DNA from: Pseudomonadota bacterium
Lineage (GTDB): Bacteria; Pseudomonadota; Gammaproteobacteria; Thiohalomonadales; Thiohalomonadaceae
DNA: 64,000 bases
Assembly (NCBI GenBank): GCA_039714395.1
Contig: JBDLJH010000017.1
Coordinates: forward strand, 9,006-73,005
Reading direction: 5' to 3'
Shown in pieces: positions 29,114-39,515 of the stretch; position 1 is the first letter of the stretch, and every line of letters starts with the position of its first letter. The position numbers and the translations under genes are program-made. Below the pieces are notes generated by a model. It searched no databases. It saw only the letters and a program-made list of their open reading frames with translations, and was not told where the DNA came from.

Positions 29114-29620
29114 TCATACGCTGCTAAATGCTTCACGGTACTTAATTACACCTCTATGATTTTTCAAAGATTCTGGAATTAATTCCAGAATCATAAATAC
29201 TTCATCAGGGACTTCGTACTCTGATTTGATGCCATATTTCACCGATGGAATAAATCCGAATTTAGGGTAGTAATGTGGATGCCCTAAAACAACGACAGCA
29301 TCGTAACCTAGCGATTGGCAATATTCTAACCCTGCTTTCACTAGTTTAGAACCAATTCCTTGGTTCTGATATTGGCTTAATACGGCCATAGGTGCCAATC
29401 CCATAATTTTTAATTTATTTTCATAGCCAGATAATTCAACTGGTGTAAACAATATGTGCCCAACTACTTTGTGTTCAGTTTCTGCGACTAATGAAATATA
29501 AGCACAGCCACTACTTCTAAGTGCGTCTACTAAATTAGCCTCTACTTCCGTTTCAAATGCCTCTGAATTTACTTCCCATATCTTCTCTATATCAGAAGGT
29601 TGTTCTTTACGGACATTCAT
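29114..29620 (-). CDS. GNAT family N-acetyltransferase (YhbS/COG3153-like)
   Basis: 168 aa. 'SLVAETEHKVVGHILFTPV', acetyl-CoA motif 'QNQGIGSKLV', 'VVVLGHPHYYPKFGF'. The gene is markedly AT-rich. Confidence 0.85.
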   Translation of the reverse strand: MNVRKEQPSDIEKIWEVNSEAFETEVEANLVDALRSSGCAYISLVAETEHKVVGHILFTPVELSGYENKLKIMGLAPMAVLSQYQNQGIGSKLVKAGLEYCQSLGYDAVVVLGHPHYYPKFGFIPSVKYGIKSEYEVPDEVFMILELIPESLKNHRGVIKYREAFSSV

Positions 29621-29705
29621 TTGTCACCTGTTGTGAATAACGCTTACATAAGGAGCGTTACAGTTAACGCTAGCGAATGATTTAATGTGCTTGTGTAGAG
29701 TGTAT

Positions 29706-30311
29706 TTAGCATAGATATACAGCCATACCCAAATTATGTTTAGAGCAGTTTGCTATAAAGGTCTTCAAGTTCTCAAAGTACTCTGAGATGTATTCAAATC
29801 CCTCTGCGCCATCTCTAACCCAGATGTTTGGATATATATCGAGCTTATCCATTTCACTAGGATTGTAGTTTTGGTAAAGCTGTTCTGTAGTTATGTTTGA
29901 AATTATTTTTTCAATCTCTTTTACTGTTGAGCTGTCAATTAGTCTTGCTGGCCCATAACCTACCTCAATATCACCAGCAGTTTCTCCTCCAAGAGTAATA
30001 AAATCCATTGGTGGCTCCGCATCATATTCTGTTTTATTAAGGCAGTAGTGTATTCCTTGCCATGATTTATCTAAATCATCATCGATATTTTCACCTTCGG
30101 TAAATTCTAGAACTGGGGCATCAATAGCATCATTGATTTTGCTTTTGGCGAACCATTTGGATAAAAACCCTTTTTTTGTATTTTCTCTTACGGCCTCTAA
30201 ATATATATCAGGATCATCGGCCGCAATAAGCCTCCAAATCAAAGGCGGTGACTCGAGTATTTTATTAATGTTTATATCCGATACGCTATGAAGCGCTATA
30301 CACATTCCCAT
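29706..30311 (-). CDS. DUF1877 (YfbM-like) protein
   Basis: 201 aa. 'MGMCIALHSVSDININKILESPPLIW', 'KLDIYPNIW' and the C-terminal 'LGMAVYLC' resemble E. coli YfbM. AT-rich. Confidence 0.65.
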   Translation of the reverse strand: MGMCIALHSVSDININKILESPPLIWRLIAADDPDIYLEAVRENTKKGFLSKWFAKSKINDAIDAPVLEFTEGENIDDDLDKSWQGIHYCLNKTEYDAEPPMDFITLGGETAGDIEVGYGPARLIDSSTVKEIEKIISNITTEQLYQNYNPSEMDKLDIYPNIWVRDGAEGFEYISEYFENLKTFIANCSKHNLGMAVYLC

Positions 30312-30529
30312 ATTCTATGATTCCTTAACGCACAAAAATCCAGCACCTTACAAATCAATCATTTAGCCTCTTGAAACAGAGCCTAAAAGGATTTGCTAAC
30401 GGAGCTGCTCTTTGGGGAGTGACTTTAGGGTGAGGTGGTGATTGCCATGCCCTCTACTCATTCCCTTGAGTTCTGAGCATACCCCTGTGCTGTGACATTG
30501 AAAACCCCTATAGAACACAGGGATTGGTG

Positions 30530-31648
30530 CTACGGCTGGTACTGAATACCCTGCTGGGTGAGGTACTCGATAACAGCCTGCTTATCACCCTTAAAAGCGA
30601 TCTGTTTTTCATTGGTTTTGATCTGGTAGTCGTACATCGGGTCGTAATAGTTGCCGAGTAGTTCGTGTATCCATTCTCTATGGGCCTCTACGTCGCCGTT
30701 GTCACGTTGTTGGCGGATGGCATTTTCCATTACCTTGCGCAGTTCTTCGTGGCGGCTGCCGCCGAGGCGTTTTTTGATCTTGTCGATGCTGGTGAGCAGA
30801 GAGTCGCCCCACTTCTCGAAACCTTCCTGTTCACCATAAATGGCAACGTGTTCGGCCAGTGACTCGTGAATGTATTCCTGATGGGTGATCGCGACCCGTT
30901 CATCCAGAGTGGCTTCGAGGACGACTAGTGGCGAGTCACGGAATTTGTCGCGAATGTTGTCGGGCATGAAGCAGGAGCCGACGTTGCGGTGCTCGTCCTC
31001 CACGGCGAAGGCGGGGTTACCAGCGGCGCGGATCTTAATCAGTTCAATGGAGAGGGTATTCTCGAAACTGATCTGACGCGGTTGCGGGGTGGCGTGGTTG
31101 CCGAAGGCGGAGCCACGGTGCCATGCCAGCCCTTCGAGATCGATCATCGGTGAGAGTTTATGCAGTAGCAGGGTTTTGCCGACGCCGGTGCGCCCGCCGA
31201 TAACGATCGGCTTGACCTCCTGGCTGCTCACCTCTAACTCGTCGATGAGAAAACGACGTAGCGCCTTGTAACCGCCCTTGATCCGCGGGTAGAGGATGCC
31301 GGTCTCTTCATAGAGCCACTGTTGGCTGATCTTCGAGCGCATGCCACCGCGAAAACAGTAGAGCACGCCAGTGGGGTGTTGTTCGGCGAAGGCCTGCCAC
31401 TTGGCAATGCGCTCGGCCTTATTCTGGCCGGTGACCAGTTCGTGACCGAGGTCAATGGCGGCGTCCTGCCCCAGGTGTTTGTACTGCTTGCCGATCTGCT
31501 CACGCTCGTCGTCGTCGATGAGATGCTGGTTCTCGGCGTGGGGAAAGTGACCCTGGTAGAACTCAATGGGGGCACGGACGTCGAGCAGTGGGACATCCTC
31601 AGTGACGAGGCGGCGGAAATCTTCTACCTGAGGCAGTTCCTGTGACAT
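30530..31648 (-). CDS. selU: tRNA 2-selenouridine(34) synthase
   Basis: 372 aa. Rhodanese domain with active-site 'CFRGGMRS', and P-loop 'GGRTGVGKT'. It starts 12 nt downstream of selD. Confidence 0.9.
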   Translation of the reverse strand: MSQELPQVEDFRRLVTEDVPLLDVRAPIEFYQGHFPHAENQHLIDDDEREQIGKQYKHLGQDAAIDLGHELVTGQNKAERIAKWQAFAEQHPTGVLYCFRGGMRSKISQQWLYEETGILYPRIKGGYKALRRFLIDELEVSSQEVKPIVIGGRTGVGKTLLLHKLSPMIDLEGLAWHRGSAFGNHATPQPRQISFENTLSIELIKIRAAGNPAFAVEDEHRNVGSCFMPDNIRDKFRDSPLVVLEATLDERVAITHQEYIHESLAEHVAIYGEQEGFEKWGDSLLTSIDKIKKRLGGSRHEELRKVMENAIRQQRDNGDVEAHREWIHELLGNYYDPMYDYQIKTNEKQIAFKGDKQAVIEYLTQQGIQYQP

Positions 31649-31660
31649 GGGCGGCTCTAT

Positions 31661-32707
31661 TTATTTGATGGTGATAAGTGGGCCGTCGCCGGCCTCAAGC
31701 AGCTGCCCGATGGGGCTAAGCTCTAAACCTGCCGCCGTGGTGATGGCGTAAAACTCAGCCTCTGCAGCCGGGTCGAGTGCCACCAGTAGACCACCGGAGG
31801 TTTGCGGGTCGCACAGCAGGGTGCGTTGGATATCGCTCATTTCGCCAACCTTGTGGCCGTAGCTGTCGAAGTTTCGTTGGGCACCACCGGGCGAGCAGCC
31901 GAGATGAATGTACTCTTCTATATCTTCCAGTTTGGGCACGGCGCTGTAGTCGATCTCGGCGTGCACCTTACTGCCTTCGCACATCTCACGCAGGTGGCCG
32001 AGCAGGCCGAAGCCGGTAACGTCGGTCATTGCCTTCACGGCTTCGAGATCGCCCAGTGCGGCGCCGATTTTATTGAGCTGACTCATGGTGTCGGTGGCGA
32101 GACGCTCATGCTCGGGTTTTAGTTTCTTCTGCTTCTGCGCGGTGGTGAGAATGCCAATGCCCAGCGGCTTGGTGAGGTAGAGCTTGCAGCCTGCCTCGGC
32201 GGTGCTGTTCTGCTTAAGGTGCTTGTTTTGCACGATGCCGGTCACAGCGAGGCCGAAGATGGGCTCGGGTGAGTCGATGGAGTGGCCCCCGGCCAGCGGG
32301 ATGCCGGCATCGGCACAGGCGGCGCGGCCACCGTCGACTACTTTACTGGCCACCTCCGGTCCCAGTTTGTCGATGGGCCAGCCGAAGATGGCGATGGCCA
32401 TTAGCGGCTGGCCGCCCATGGCGTAGACATCGGAGATGGCATTGGTGGCGGCGATGCGCCCGAATTCAAAGGGGTCATCGACGATGGGCATAAAAAAATC
32501 GGTGGTGCTGATCACCGAGCGACCATCGTCCAGATCGTAGGCGGCGGCGTCATCACGCGAATCGTTGCCTACCAGTAATTTGGGATCGAGGGCCATGGCA
32601 AAGCCGCTGTTGAGGATCTCCTCCAGCAGATTGGGGGCGATTTTGCAGCCACAGCCGGAGCCGTGGCTGTATTCGGTCATGCGAATCGGGGCTTTGTTGC
32701 TACTCAT
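31661..32707 (-). CDS. selD: selenide, water dikinase (Cys-type SelD)
   Basis: ORF 31661-32803 trimmed to the ATG at 32707 ('[25 protein letters not shown]'). The glycine-rich N-terminal loop carries Cys, not Sec. The AIR-synthase-like fold motif 'DDAAAYDL' is present. Confidence 0.9.
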   Translation of the reverse strand: MSSNKAPIRMTEYSHGSGCGCKIAPNLLEEILNSGFAMALDPKLLVGNDSRDDAAAYDLDDGRSVISTTDFFMPIVDDPFEFGRIAATNAISDVYAMGGQPLMAIAIFGWPIDKLGPEVASKVVDGGRAACADAGIPLAGGHSIDSPEPIFGLAVTGIVQNKHLKQNSTAEAGCKLYLTKPLGIGILTTAQKQKKLKPEHERLATDTMSQLNKIGAALGDLEAVKAMTDVTGFGLLGHLREMCEGSKVHAEIDYSAVPKLEDIEEYIHLGCSPGGAQRNFDSYGHKVGEMSDIQRTLLCDPQTSGGLLVALDPAAEAEFYAITTAAGLELSPIGQLLEAGDGPLITIK

Positions 32708-32860
32708 GTGACGTAAATCCTTGCCGATGGGGTCAATGTGGCGCAGATTATACACCACGAAATGGCGGTGAGCCGTGAGGCGGTGGATAGAGGATGTGAT
32801 CATCTCATCGGTTGCCTGACACTAGTTATCTATAGGGTAAGAAACAAGAGGATTCAATGG

Positions 32861-33340
32861 GTGAGGAAGCAGAATAGCTGGTTTTATTTTCTCTGCCTGG
32901 CGCTATGGCTATCGGTGGCGACGGCTGAGAGCGTTGATTTGAGTACACTGCAAAAAGGGGCGGCAGCGGGCGATGCCTATGCGCAGCTCAATCTGGGGGC
33001 GGCCTACGATAATGGTATCGGTGTAAAGCGTGATATCGACAAGGCACTGCACTGGTATCAGAAGGCGGCGGAGCAAGGAGTGGCCGAGGCGCAGTTCAAC
33101 CTGGCCCATCTGTTGGTGACCGAGGAGATTAGTGCAGTGGCTGCCGCCGAGTGGATGCAAAAGGCGGCAGAGCAGGGGATGGTGGATGCCGAGTATCTGC
33201 TCGGGGTGATCTACGCCGAGGGTATTGGGGTGGAGATGAATCATGCTGAGGCGCGTATCTGGTTAAAGAAGGCGGTGGCCAGGGGGCACTCCGAGGCGGA
33301 GCGTTTTCTTAAGGAAATGAAGTCGCCTAAACAGCCATGA
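32861..33340 (+). CDS. Sel1-repeat (SLR/TPR-like) secreted protein
   Basis: ORF 32738-33340. The GTG at 32861 gives a signal-peptide-like start 'VRKQNSWFYFLCLALWLSVATA'. There are three Sel1 repeats ('GDAYAQLNLGAAYDNGIGVKRDIDKALHWYQKAAEQG' and similar). Confidence 0.75.
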   Translation: MRKQNSWFYFLCLALWLSVATAESVDLSTLQKGAAAGDAYAQLNLGAAYDNGIGVKRDIDKALHWYQKAAEQGVAEAQFNLAHLLVTEEISAVAAAEWMQKAAEQGMVDAEYLLGVIYAEGIGVEMNHAEARIWLKKAVARGHSEAERFLKEMKSPKQP

Positions 33341-33439
33341 TTTAATAGAGATCGAGCAGGGACTTTTTTTTCGTGTGGAAAGTGGCGCATTCAGGTACAA
33401 TCGCGCCCTATTTTGCCCCATTTAACCGGAATTACCCCT

Positions 33440-35257
33440 GTGATTGAGAATCTTCGTAACATAGCTATTATCGCCCACGTTGACCATGGTAAGACTACCC
33501 TGGTTGACGAACTCCTGAAGCAGTCAGACACCCTTGGTGAGCGCGCTCAGCTCGAAGAGCGTGCCATGGACTCCAACGACCAGGAGCGTGAGCGCGGCAT
33601 TACCATCCTCGCCAAGCCCACCGCCATTAAGTGGGGCGAATACCGCATCAACATTGTGGATACCCCCGGACACGCCGACTTCGGCGGTGAGGTGGAGCGC
33701 GTTCTCTCCATGGTTGATTCGGTGCTGCTGCTGGTCGATGCGGTTGAAGGCCCGATGCCACAGACCCGCTTTGTTACCGAGAAGGCGCTGGCGCGTGGTC
33801 TTAAGCCCATCGTTGTGGTGAACAAGGTTGACCGTCCTGCGGCGCGTCCTGAGTGGGCGCTGGATCAGACCTTTGACCTGTTTGACCGCCTCGGTGCTAC
33901 CGATGAGCAACTCGACTTCCCGGTTGTTTATGCCTCGGGCCTGGGTGGTTTTTCCGGTCTTGAGCCTGACGTGCGTGAGGGTGATATGACTCCTCTGTTG
34001 CAGTCTGTTGTTGATAACGTTCATCCACCTCAGGTTGAACTTGAAGACCCCTTCCAGCTACAGGTCTCGCAGCTTGATTACAGCAGCTATGTAGGTGTGA
34101 TTGGGATTGGTCGTATCGCCCGAGGTCGTGTTAAGAACAACACCCCGGTGACCGTGGTCGATACCGATGGTCAGCGTCGCAAGGGTCGTCTCCTGCAACT
34201 GTATGGCTTTATGGGGCTGGAGCGTGTTGAAGTCGATGAGGCCCAGGCGGGTGATATCGTCTGCTTCACCGGTCTGGATCCGCTGAATATCTCCGACACC
34301 CTGTGTGACCCCGAGGCCGTTGAGGCTTTAGCACCGCTGAGCGTTGATGAGCCGACCGTGAGCATGACCTTCCAGGTCAACAACTCACCCTTCGCCGGTA
34401 AAGACGGCAAGTTCGTTACCTCTCGTCAGATTAAAGAGCGTCTGGACCAGGAGCTGGTTCACAACGTGGCGCTGCGTGTTGAGCAGGGCTCTGATCCGGA
34501 CAAGTTCCGCGTCTCCGGTCGTGGTGAGCTGCACCTCTCTGTACTGATCGAAAACATGCGCCGCGAAGGCTTCGAGCTGGGTGTTTCCCGCCCTGAGGTT
34601 ATCATCCGTACCATCGATGGCGAGCCGCAGGAGCCGTTTGAGCAGGTGACCGTTGATGTGGAAGATCAGCATCAGGGTGGCGTGATGGAGAAGTTGGGTG
34701 CCCGTGGTGGTGACCTGAAGAACATGGTGCCGGACGGCCACGGTCGTGTGCGTCTCGACTACATCATGCCGGCACGCGGCCTGATTGGTTTCCGTACCGA
34801 GTTCCTCACTGCGACCCAGGGTTCCGGCCTTATCTATAGTGTCTTTGATCACTATGGCCCGTTCAAGCGAGGTGACTACGGTAGCCGCATGAATGGTGTG
34901 ATGATCGCCAATGCCCCAGGCAAGGCGCTGACCAATGCCATCTTCAACCTGCAGGAGCGTGGTCGTATGTTTATCGGCCATGGTGCTGAGGTTTACGAGG
35001 GTATGATTATCGGCCTGCACTCGCGCAGCAATGATCTGGTGGTTAATGCACTGAAGGGCAAGCAGCTGACCAATGTTCGTGCCTCGGGTACCGATGAGGC
35101 CCAGGTGCTGACTCCGCCCCAGGTTCACACTCTGGAGCAGGCGCTGGAGTTCGTTGATGATGATGAGTTGGTGGAGGTTACCCCCAACCACATTCGTCTG
35201 CGAAAGAAGGTGCTTTCCGAGAGTGACCGCAAGAGAGAAGGTCGCAACAAGGCTTAA
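33440..35257 (+). CDS. typA: translational GTPase TypA/BipA
   Basis: ORF 33413-35257. The GTG at 33440 gives the canonical '[22 protein letters not shown]'. '[14 protein letters not shown]' and 'NKVDR' are present. Confidence 0.95.
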   Translation: MIENLRNIAIIAHVDHGKTTLVDELLKQSDTLGERAQLEERAMDSNDQERERGITILAKPTAIKWGEYRINIVDTPGHADFGGEVERVLSMVDSVLLLVDAVEGPMPQTRFVTEKALARGLKPIVVVNKVDRPAARPEWALDQTFDLFDRLGATDEQLDFPVVYASGLGGFSGLEPDVREGDMTPLLQSVVDNVHPPQVELEDPFQLQVSQLDYSSYVGVIGIGRIARGRVKNNTPVTVVDTDGQRRKGRLLQLYGFMGLERVEVDEAQAGDIVCFTGLDPLNISDTLCDPEAVEALAPLSVDEPTVSMTFQVNNSPFAGKDGKFVTSRQIKERLDQELVHNVALRVEQGSDPDKFRVSGRGELHLSVLIENMRREGFELGVSRPEVIIRTIDGEPQEPFEQVTVDVEDQHQGGVMEKLGARGGDLKNMVPDGHGRVRLDYIMPARGLIGFRTEFLTATQGSGLIYSVFDHYGPFKRGDYGSRMNGVMIANAPGKALTNAIFNLQERGRMFIGHGAEVYEGMIIGLHSRSNDLVVNALKGKQLTNVRASGTDEAQVLTPPQVHTLEQALEFVDDDELVEVTPNHIRLRKKVLSESDRKREGRNKA

Positions 35258-35262
35258 ATGAG

Positions 35263-35290
35263 AACGGGGCTATATGCCCCGTTTTTTTTT
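35263..35290 (+). terminator. rho-independent terminator of typA
   Basis: AACGGGGC-TATAT-GCCCCGTT followed by a T-run. Confidence 0.85.
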
Positions 35291-35439
35291 GCTCGTTTCG
35301 CCAGGTGCTCTAGACCAAGCAGTATCGGTATGAAATTCCTTACAAAATAGATGGTCGATTTCCTGATTTACATGGACTTTAATTACCAAGGTAAATAGTA
35401 GGTATTTATCAGTGGTGACTAATATGAGGAGTCGAGACC

Positions 35440-35883
35440 ATGCGTTATTTCCAGACTGTTGTTTCCGTACTGGCCCTGTGCGGGCTGTTTTCCCTTAATG
35501 CCCAGGCGGCCCATAACGAGCATAATCCCGGTCAACACAAGGTTGTGATTCAGGTGAGTAGTGACGATGCCCGTACCCAGACCATCGCCATGAATAATGC
35601 GGTGAATCTACAAAAGGCTTTGGGCATGGATAATGTGAGTATCGAGATCGTCGCTTACGGCCCTGGCCTCTCGATGCTAGTGGGTGGAGCGAAGCAGTCT
35701 CAGCGCGTGAGTAGCCTGGCAAAGCAGGAGATCGTCTTTAGTGCCTGTGGCAATACGATGAAGAAGGTGGCGAAGAAGCAGGGTAAACCGATGGTGTTGA
35801 GTGAGGGAGTTCAGGTGGTGTCTGCCGGGGTGCTGCGTATTATGGAGTTGCAGGAGCAGGGGTATAGTTACGTACGTCCCTGA
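35440..35883 (+). CDS. DsrE/DsrF-like family protein (COG1416-like) with signal peptide
   Basis: 147 aa. SD 'gaggag'. Signal peptide 'MRYFQTVVSVLALCGLFSLNAQA'. 'KVVIQVSSDD', 'IEIVAYGPGL', 'FSACGNTM' and 'VVSAGVLRIMELQEQGYSYVRP' fit the DsrE-like fold family. Confidence 0.65.
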   Translation: MRYFQTVVSVLALCGLFSLNAQAAHNEHNPGQHKVVIQVSSDDARTQTIAMNNAVNLQKALGMDNVSIEIVAYGPGLSMLVGGAKQSQRVSSLAKQEIVFSACGNTMKKVAKKQGKPMVLSEGVQVVSAGVLRIMELQEQGYSYVRP

Positions 35884-36039
35884 TACAGGGCAACAAAACG
35901 GATAAAAGAGCGCCGGGATAAGCCCCGGTATTTAGCCTCTATTGCTGTGCCGCGTTTATTCGAGTTGTGATGGCGGTTGAATCATTTTGCGTTGCTACAC
36001 TCTATAATGTGGTGAGTTTTTTTAACTGGAGATAATGGA

Positions 36040-36696
36040 ATGAAACGGCTGACGATTTTTCTGGCGCTAGGGGCGCTGACCATGGGTGGTTGTGCTACTA
36101 CCAGTGAGACAGATGATGGTGGAAGCGATAAGGCGGTAGCGGGTGCCATTATCGGTGGCATTCTTGGTGGTGTGGTTGCCAATAATACGGGTAAGCAGTC
36201 TAGACAGAAAACGGCTATAGGAGTGATTGCAGGGGCCACTGCGGGTGGCCTCATCGGCAACCAAATGGACAAGAAGGAAGAGAAACTGCGGGAGATCGCC
36301 TCTGAGCGTGATGCCAGTGAGATGGAGGTGGAGCGTGTACGTGAGGATCTATTGCGCATCAGTGTCTCCTCCGAGGCCTCCTTTGATTTTGACCGCTATG
36401 AGGTGAAGCCAGAGTTCAAGCCAACCCTCAACAAGGTGGCTGATGTACTCTATAACGACCCTAATCAGCGTATCCGCGTGGTGGGTCATACCGACAGCAA
36501 AGGTGCTTCGGATTACAACCAGCGTCTCTCTGAGCGCCGGGCCCAGGCCACCGGTGATTACCTGATCAGTCAGGGTGTTGCCTCTACGCAGGTGACGACG
36601 GTCGGTCGTGGCGAGACTGAGCCTCGTGCCGACAATGCCACCACGGCTGGACGGGCTCAAAACCGTCGTGTGGAGATTTACCTGCAGCAGCTCTAA
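36040..36696 (+). CDS. OmpA-family lipoprotein (glycine-zipper + OmpA_C peptidoglycan-binding domain)
   Basis: 218 aa. Lipobox 'TMGGC'. Gly-zipper 'GAIIGGILGGVVA'. OmpA_C 'FDFDRYEVKPEF...VVGHTDSKGASDYNQRLSERRAQA...GRAQNRRVEI'. Confidence 0.85.
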   Translation: MKRLTIFLALGALTMGGCATTSETDDGGSDKAVAGAIIGGILGGVVANNTGKQSRQKTAIGVIAGATAGGLIGNQMDKKEEKLREIASERDASEMEVERVREDLLRISVSSEASFDFDRYEVKPEFKPTLNKVADVLYNDPNQRIRVVGHTDSKGASDYNQRLSERRAQATGDYLISQGVASTQVTTVGRGETEPRADNATTAGRAQNRRVEIYLQQL

Positions 36697-36825
36697 GGCG
36701 TGGCGGGCGGGGAGGCCTAATGGTCTCTCCACTCCCTTACTATTGTTCTTGAGGTGGCGACTGGAAATGGTCTGGTCGCGGCTCTATGATGCAGGGAAGA
36801 CGATAGTGCGGAGCACACCTTACCC

Positions 36826-37776
36826 ATGCATATTCTCTATCCCGATATTTCCCCCTATGTTCAACACAGCCTGGCGGTAGAGTCGCCACACACCCTGCAT
36901 GTAGAAGAGTGCGGTAATCCCTCTGGGATCCCGGTGATATTCGTTCATGGTGGGCCGGGGGCGGGTTGCGAGCCCTATCACCGACGTTTCTTCGATCCAC
37001 AGCGCTATCGCATTATTCTCTTTGATCAGCGTGGCTGTGGCCGCTCTACGCCCCATGCCTCACTGGAGAACAACACCACCCAGGCGCTGATCGCTGATAT
37101 GGAGCTAATTCGCGAGCACCTGAAGATCGACAGGTGGTTATTGTTTGGAGGCTCCTGGGGTTCTACCCTTGGTCTTGTCTATGCCGAGACCCATCCAGAC
37201 AAAGTACTTGGATTGGTCGTTCGCGGCATTTTTCTCTGCCGTTCGCAGGAGATCGACTGGTTTTATCAGCAGGGTGCGAGCCGCCTTTTTGCCGATTACT
37301 GGCAGGATTTTCTCGCCCCTATACCCGAGACAGAGCATGATGACCTGCTGCGCGCCTATTACCGACGTCTTACCGGTGAAGATGAGATGGCGCGCATGGC
37401 GGCGGCCAAGGCATGGTCGTTGTGGGAGGGAAGAACCGCTACCTTAAAGCCTAGTGAGTCAGTCATCGATCACTTCGGTGATCCCTTTACGGCGCTTTCA
37501 TTGGCGCGTATTGAGTGCCACTACTTCGTTAATGATAGTTTTCTTGAACCGAATCAGATCCTGCGTGATGCAGAGCGTCTGCACGGCATTCCCGGTGTTA
37601 TCGTCCAGGGCCGTTATGATGTGATCTGTCCTATGGAGAGCGCCTGGCAACTTTCCCAGGCGTGGCCTGAGGCAAAGCTTAAGATTATTGGTGATGCGGG
37701 TCACGCCGCCTCCGAGCCGGGGATTATCAATGCCCTGATGCAGGCCACTGATGACTTCGCTGAGTTGCTGGCATGA
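36826..37776 (+). CDS. pip: prolyl aminopeptidase (proline iminopeptidase)
   Basis: 316 aa. '[11 protein letters not shown]', '[22 protein letters not shown]' and the nucleophile elbow 'GGSWGSTL' are present. Confidence 0.9.
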   Translation: MHILYPDISPYVQHSLAVESPHTLHVEECGNPSGIPVIFVHGGPGAGCEPYHRRFFDPQRYRIILFDQRGCGRSTPHASLENNTTQALIADMELIREHLKIDRWLLFGGSWGSTLGLVYAETHPDKVLGLVVRGIFLCRSQEIDWFYQQGASRLFADYWQDFLAPIPETEHDDLLRAYYRRLTGEDEMARMAAAKAWSLWEGRTATLKPSESVIDHFGDPFTALSLARIECHYFVNDSFLEPNQILRDAERLHGIPGVIVQGRYDVICPMESAWQLSQAWPEAKLKIIGDAGHAASEPGIINALMQATDDFAELLA

Positions 37777-38216
37777 TTGGATTATTGCAACGGGTCTCCG
37801 AGGCTACCGTGCGTGTTGATGGTGAGATCGTCGGGAGCATCGAACGGGGCTTGATGGTGCTGCTGGGTGTGGAGAAGGGGGATAGCGAGGCGCAGGCTGA
37901 TCGCCTGTTGGAGCGGCTACTTGGGTATCGTGTTTTTCCCGATGCAGACGATAAGATGAATCTCAGTTTGCGTGATATCCAGGGGGGGTTGTTGCTGGTT
38001 CCACAATTCACCCTGCCCGCTGATACCCGTAAGGGTACCCGTCCCAGTTTTACTACCGCTGCCCCGCCTGATGAGGGGCTCAGGCTCTTCGACTACTTTG
38101 TTACGCGGGCCCTTGTCGTACACCCTGTTGTTAAGACTGGTCGTTTTGGTGCCGATATGCAGGTCTCGCTGGTTAATGATGGTCCGGTGACATTCTGGTT
38201 GCAGATTGCACCCTAG
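37773..38216 (+). CDS. dtd: D-aminoacyl-tRNA deacylase
   Basis: 147 aa. '[37 protein letters not shown]', 'VPQFTL' and 'NDGPVTFWL' are present. ATGA overlap with pip. Confidence 0.9.
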   Translation: MIGLLQRVSEATVRVDGEIVGSIERGLMVLLGVEKGDSEAQADRLLERLLGYRVFPDADDKMNLSLRDIQGGLLLVPQFTLPADTRKGTRPSFTTAAPPDEGLRLFDYFVTRALVVHPVVKTGRFGADMQVSLVNDGPVTFWLQIAP

Positions 38217-38278
38217 TCATCTGAAATCTGCTGATCATATTAGTTACATCCGTCTGCTTTCTTACTAAGCTAATACCC

Positions 38279-38298
38279 GCTGCGACTTAGGTCGCAGC
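38279..38298. terminator. hairpin between convergent dtd and lipoprotein gene
   Basis: GCTGCGAC-TTAG-GTCGCAGC, an 8-bp perfect stem in the 85-nt convergent gap. Confidence 0.5.
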
Positions 38299-38301
38299 AG
38301 T

Positions 38302-38802
38302 CTACAATTGCTCTAACAACTGGCGGCGCTTTTCGGCGTAATCCTGTTCACTAATCAACTCCTCTTCGAATAAGCCTTTTAACTGTTGCAGTCGCTGTTT
38401 TAACTCGCTCGGTTCTGTTTCGGGCGGTGTTTCTGCTTGTGGGCTAACACTAGCTTTCTCCTGCGGCACATTACTGTCGACACAATCGAGTTCGGCCTTC
38501 AGTCCATCGCTGACAATGCGACTACTGACGGTGGTAATAAATGGCTCACAGCCGGGATAGGTGAGTTGTATTCGGCCATAGAGGTGTTGCTTCTCGAGCT
38601 CAAAGCTCTGCGGGAAGACATCACGTGTGCTCAAGCTCATCGGTGTCTGCCCCATCGCTTCGCCAAGAACCAGTACTGAGGCGCCAACGGGAACTGAGTC
38701 CACGCTGATCTGATCGCTATGTGAGGGAATAAGTGTATTACCGCTGCAACCAAACAGTGGGAGTGCGATAAATGTCGTCAGGAGGTGATATTTCATTTTC
38801 AA
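38302..38802 (-). CDS. lipoprotein with PEGA-like domain and C-terminal SHOCT motif
   Basis: 166 aa. Lipobox 'PLFGC'. 'ISVDSVPVGASVLVLGEAMGQTP' is PEGA-like. The C-terminal 'LKGLFEEELISEQDYAEKRRQLL' is SHOCT-like. Confidence 0.55.
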   Translation of the reverse strand: MKMKYHLLTTFIALPLFGCSGNTLIPSHSDQISVDSVPVGASVLVLGEAMGQTPMSLSTRDVFPQSFELEKQHLYGRIQLTYPGCEPFITTVSSRIVSDGLKAELDCVDSNVPQEKASVSPQAETPPETEPSELKQRLQQLKGLFEEELISEQDYAEKRRQLLEQL

Positions 38803-38949
38803 ACCCTTTATTTTTTAGCATTATTACCTTATGCCATGGTCGAGGTAAACTGTATCGTTCTGTTGGCTGGATTTGTAGCGCTCAAGGTGATACTTTTTGC
38901 CGACGAATTTTAGCTATTTTTAGCGTACGACAACGAGAAACAGAAGATC

Positions 38950-39450
38950 ATGCACTATGAAGTTAGCGAGGCGGAGATGACTGACGCCAAACACCCCCAT
39001 GAGATCTTTCTCATTAACCTGATTACCAACCATATTCTGGTCTTTGTTGGCCTGTTGGGTTTGGCGAAGACCTACCCCTGGGTGATGCTGGTTACTCCTG
39101 CCATCTCCATTGTGGTACTGAGTTATTTAATGATTCGTGCACGCAGTAAATTGAACAGTGGTAGCTGGTATAGCGCTTGTCACTGGCAGCTCTGTGCTCA
39201 TCGCAGCAAACTCTTTATCGGTATGTTGATGCTGCTTGGGCTAGTCATAGCGGGATTGCTGCTATCGGTGGGGGGGGATGCTTCGCAGCTGAAGCCCGGC
39301 CACTATGCTTTCGGTGGTGTCGCGGCCTTACCGACTCTGGTCTTTATTCTGGTGTTGATCGTTATGGAGTCGGATGCAATGCATAAGGCGAAGACCGGTG
39401 TAGTGCCGCAGTGGTTAGTCGATAAGTACCCGAAGCCAGTCGCAGAATAA
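38950..39450 (+). CDS. hypothetical integral membrane protein
   Basis: 166-aa ORF with about 4 TM helices. No family recognised. It contains a G8 homopolymer at 39270-39277. Confidence 0.5.
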   Translation: MHYEVSEAEMTDAKHPHEIFLINLITNHILVFVGLLGLAKTYPWVMLVTPAISIVVLSYLMIRARSKLNSGSWYSACHWQLCAHRSKLFIGMLMLLGLVIAGLLLSVGGDASQLKPGHYAFGGVAALPTLVFILVLIVMESDAMHKAKTGVVPQWLVDKYPKPVAE

Positions 39451-39515
39451 GCAATATTTATCTTAATTTAGATGGCCGGGTAACCGGTCATTTTTATCTT
39501 TACGAGTGGAACTCT

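Noticed and set aside
29114-30311. The GNAT + adjacent small gene pair, considered as a GNAT-toxin/antitoxin module.
   Set aside because: GNAT toxins pair with DUF1778/RHH antitoxins. The neighbour here is a 201-aa YfbM/DUF1877-like protein separated by 85 nt, and the GNAT looks like the YhbS/COG3153 type.
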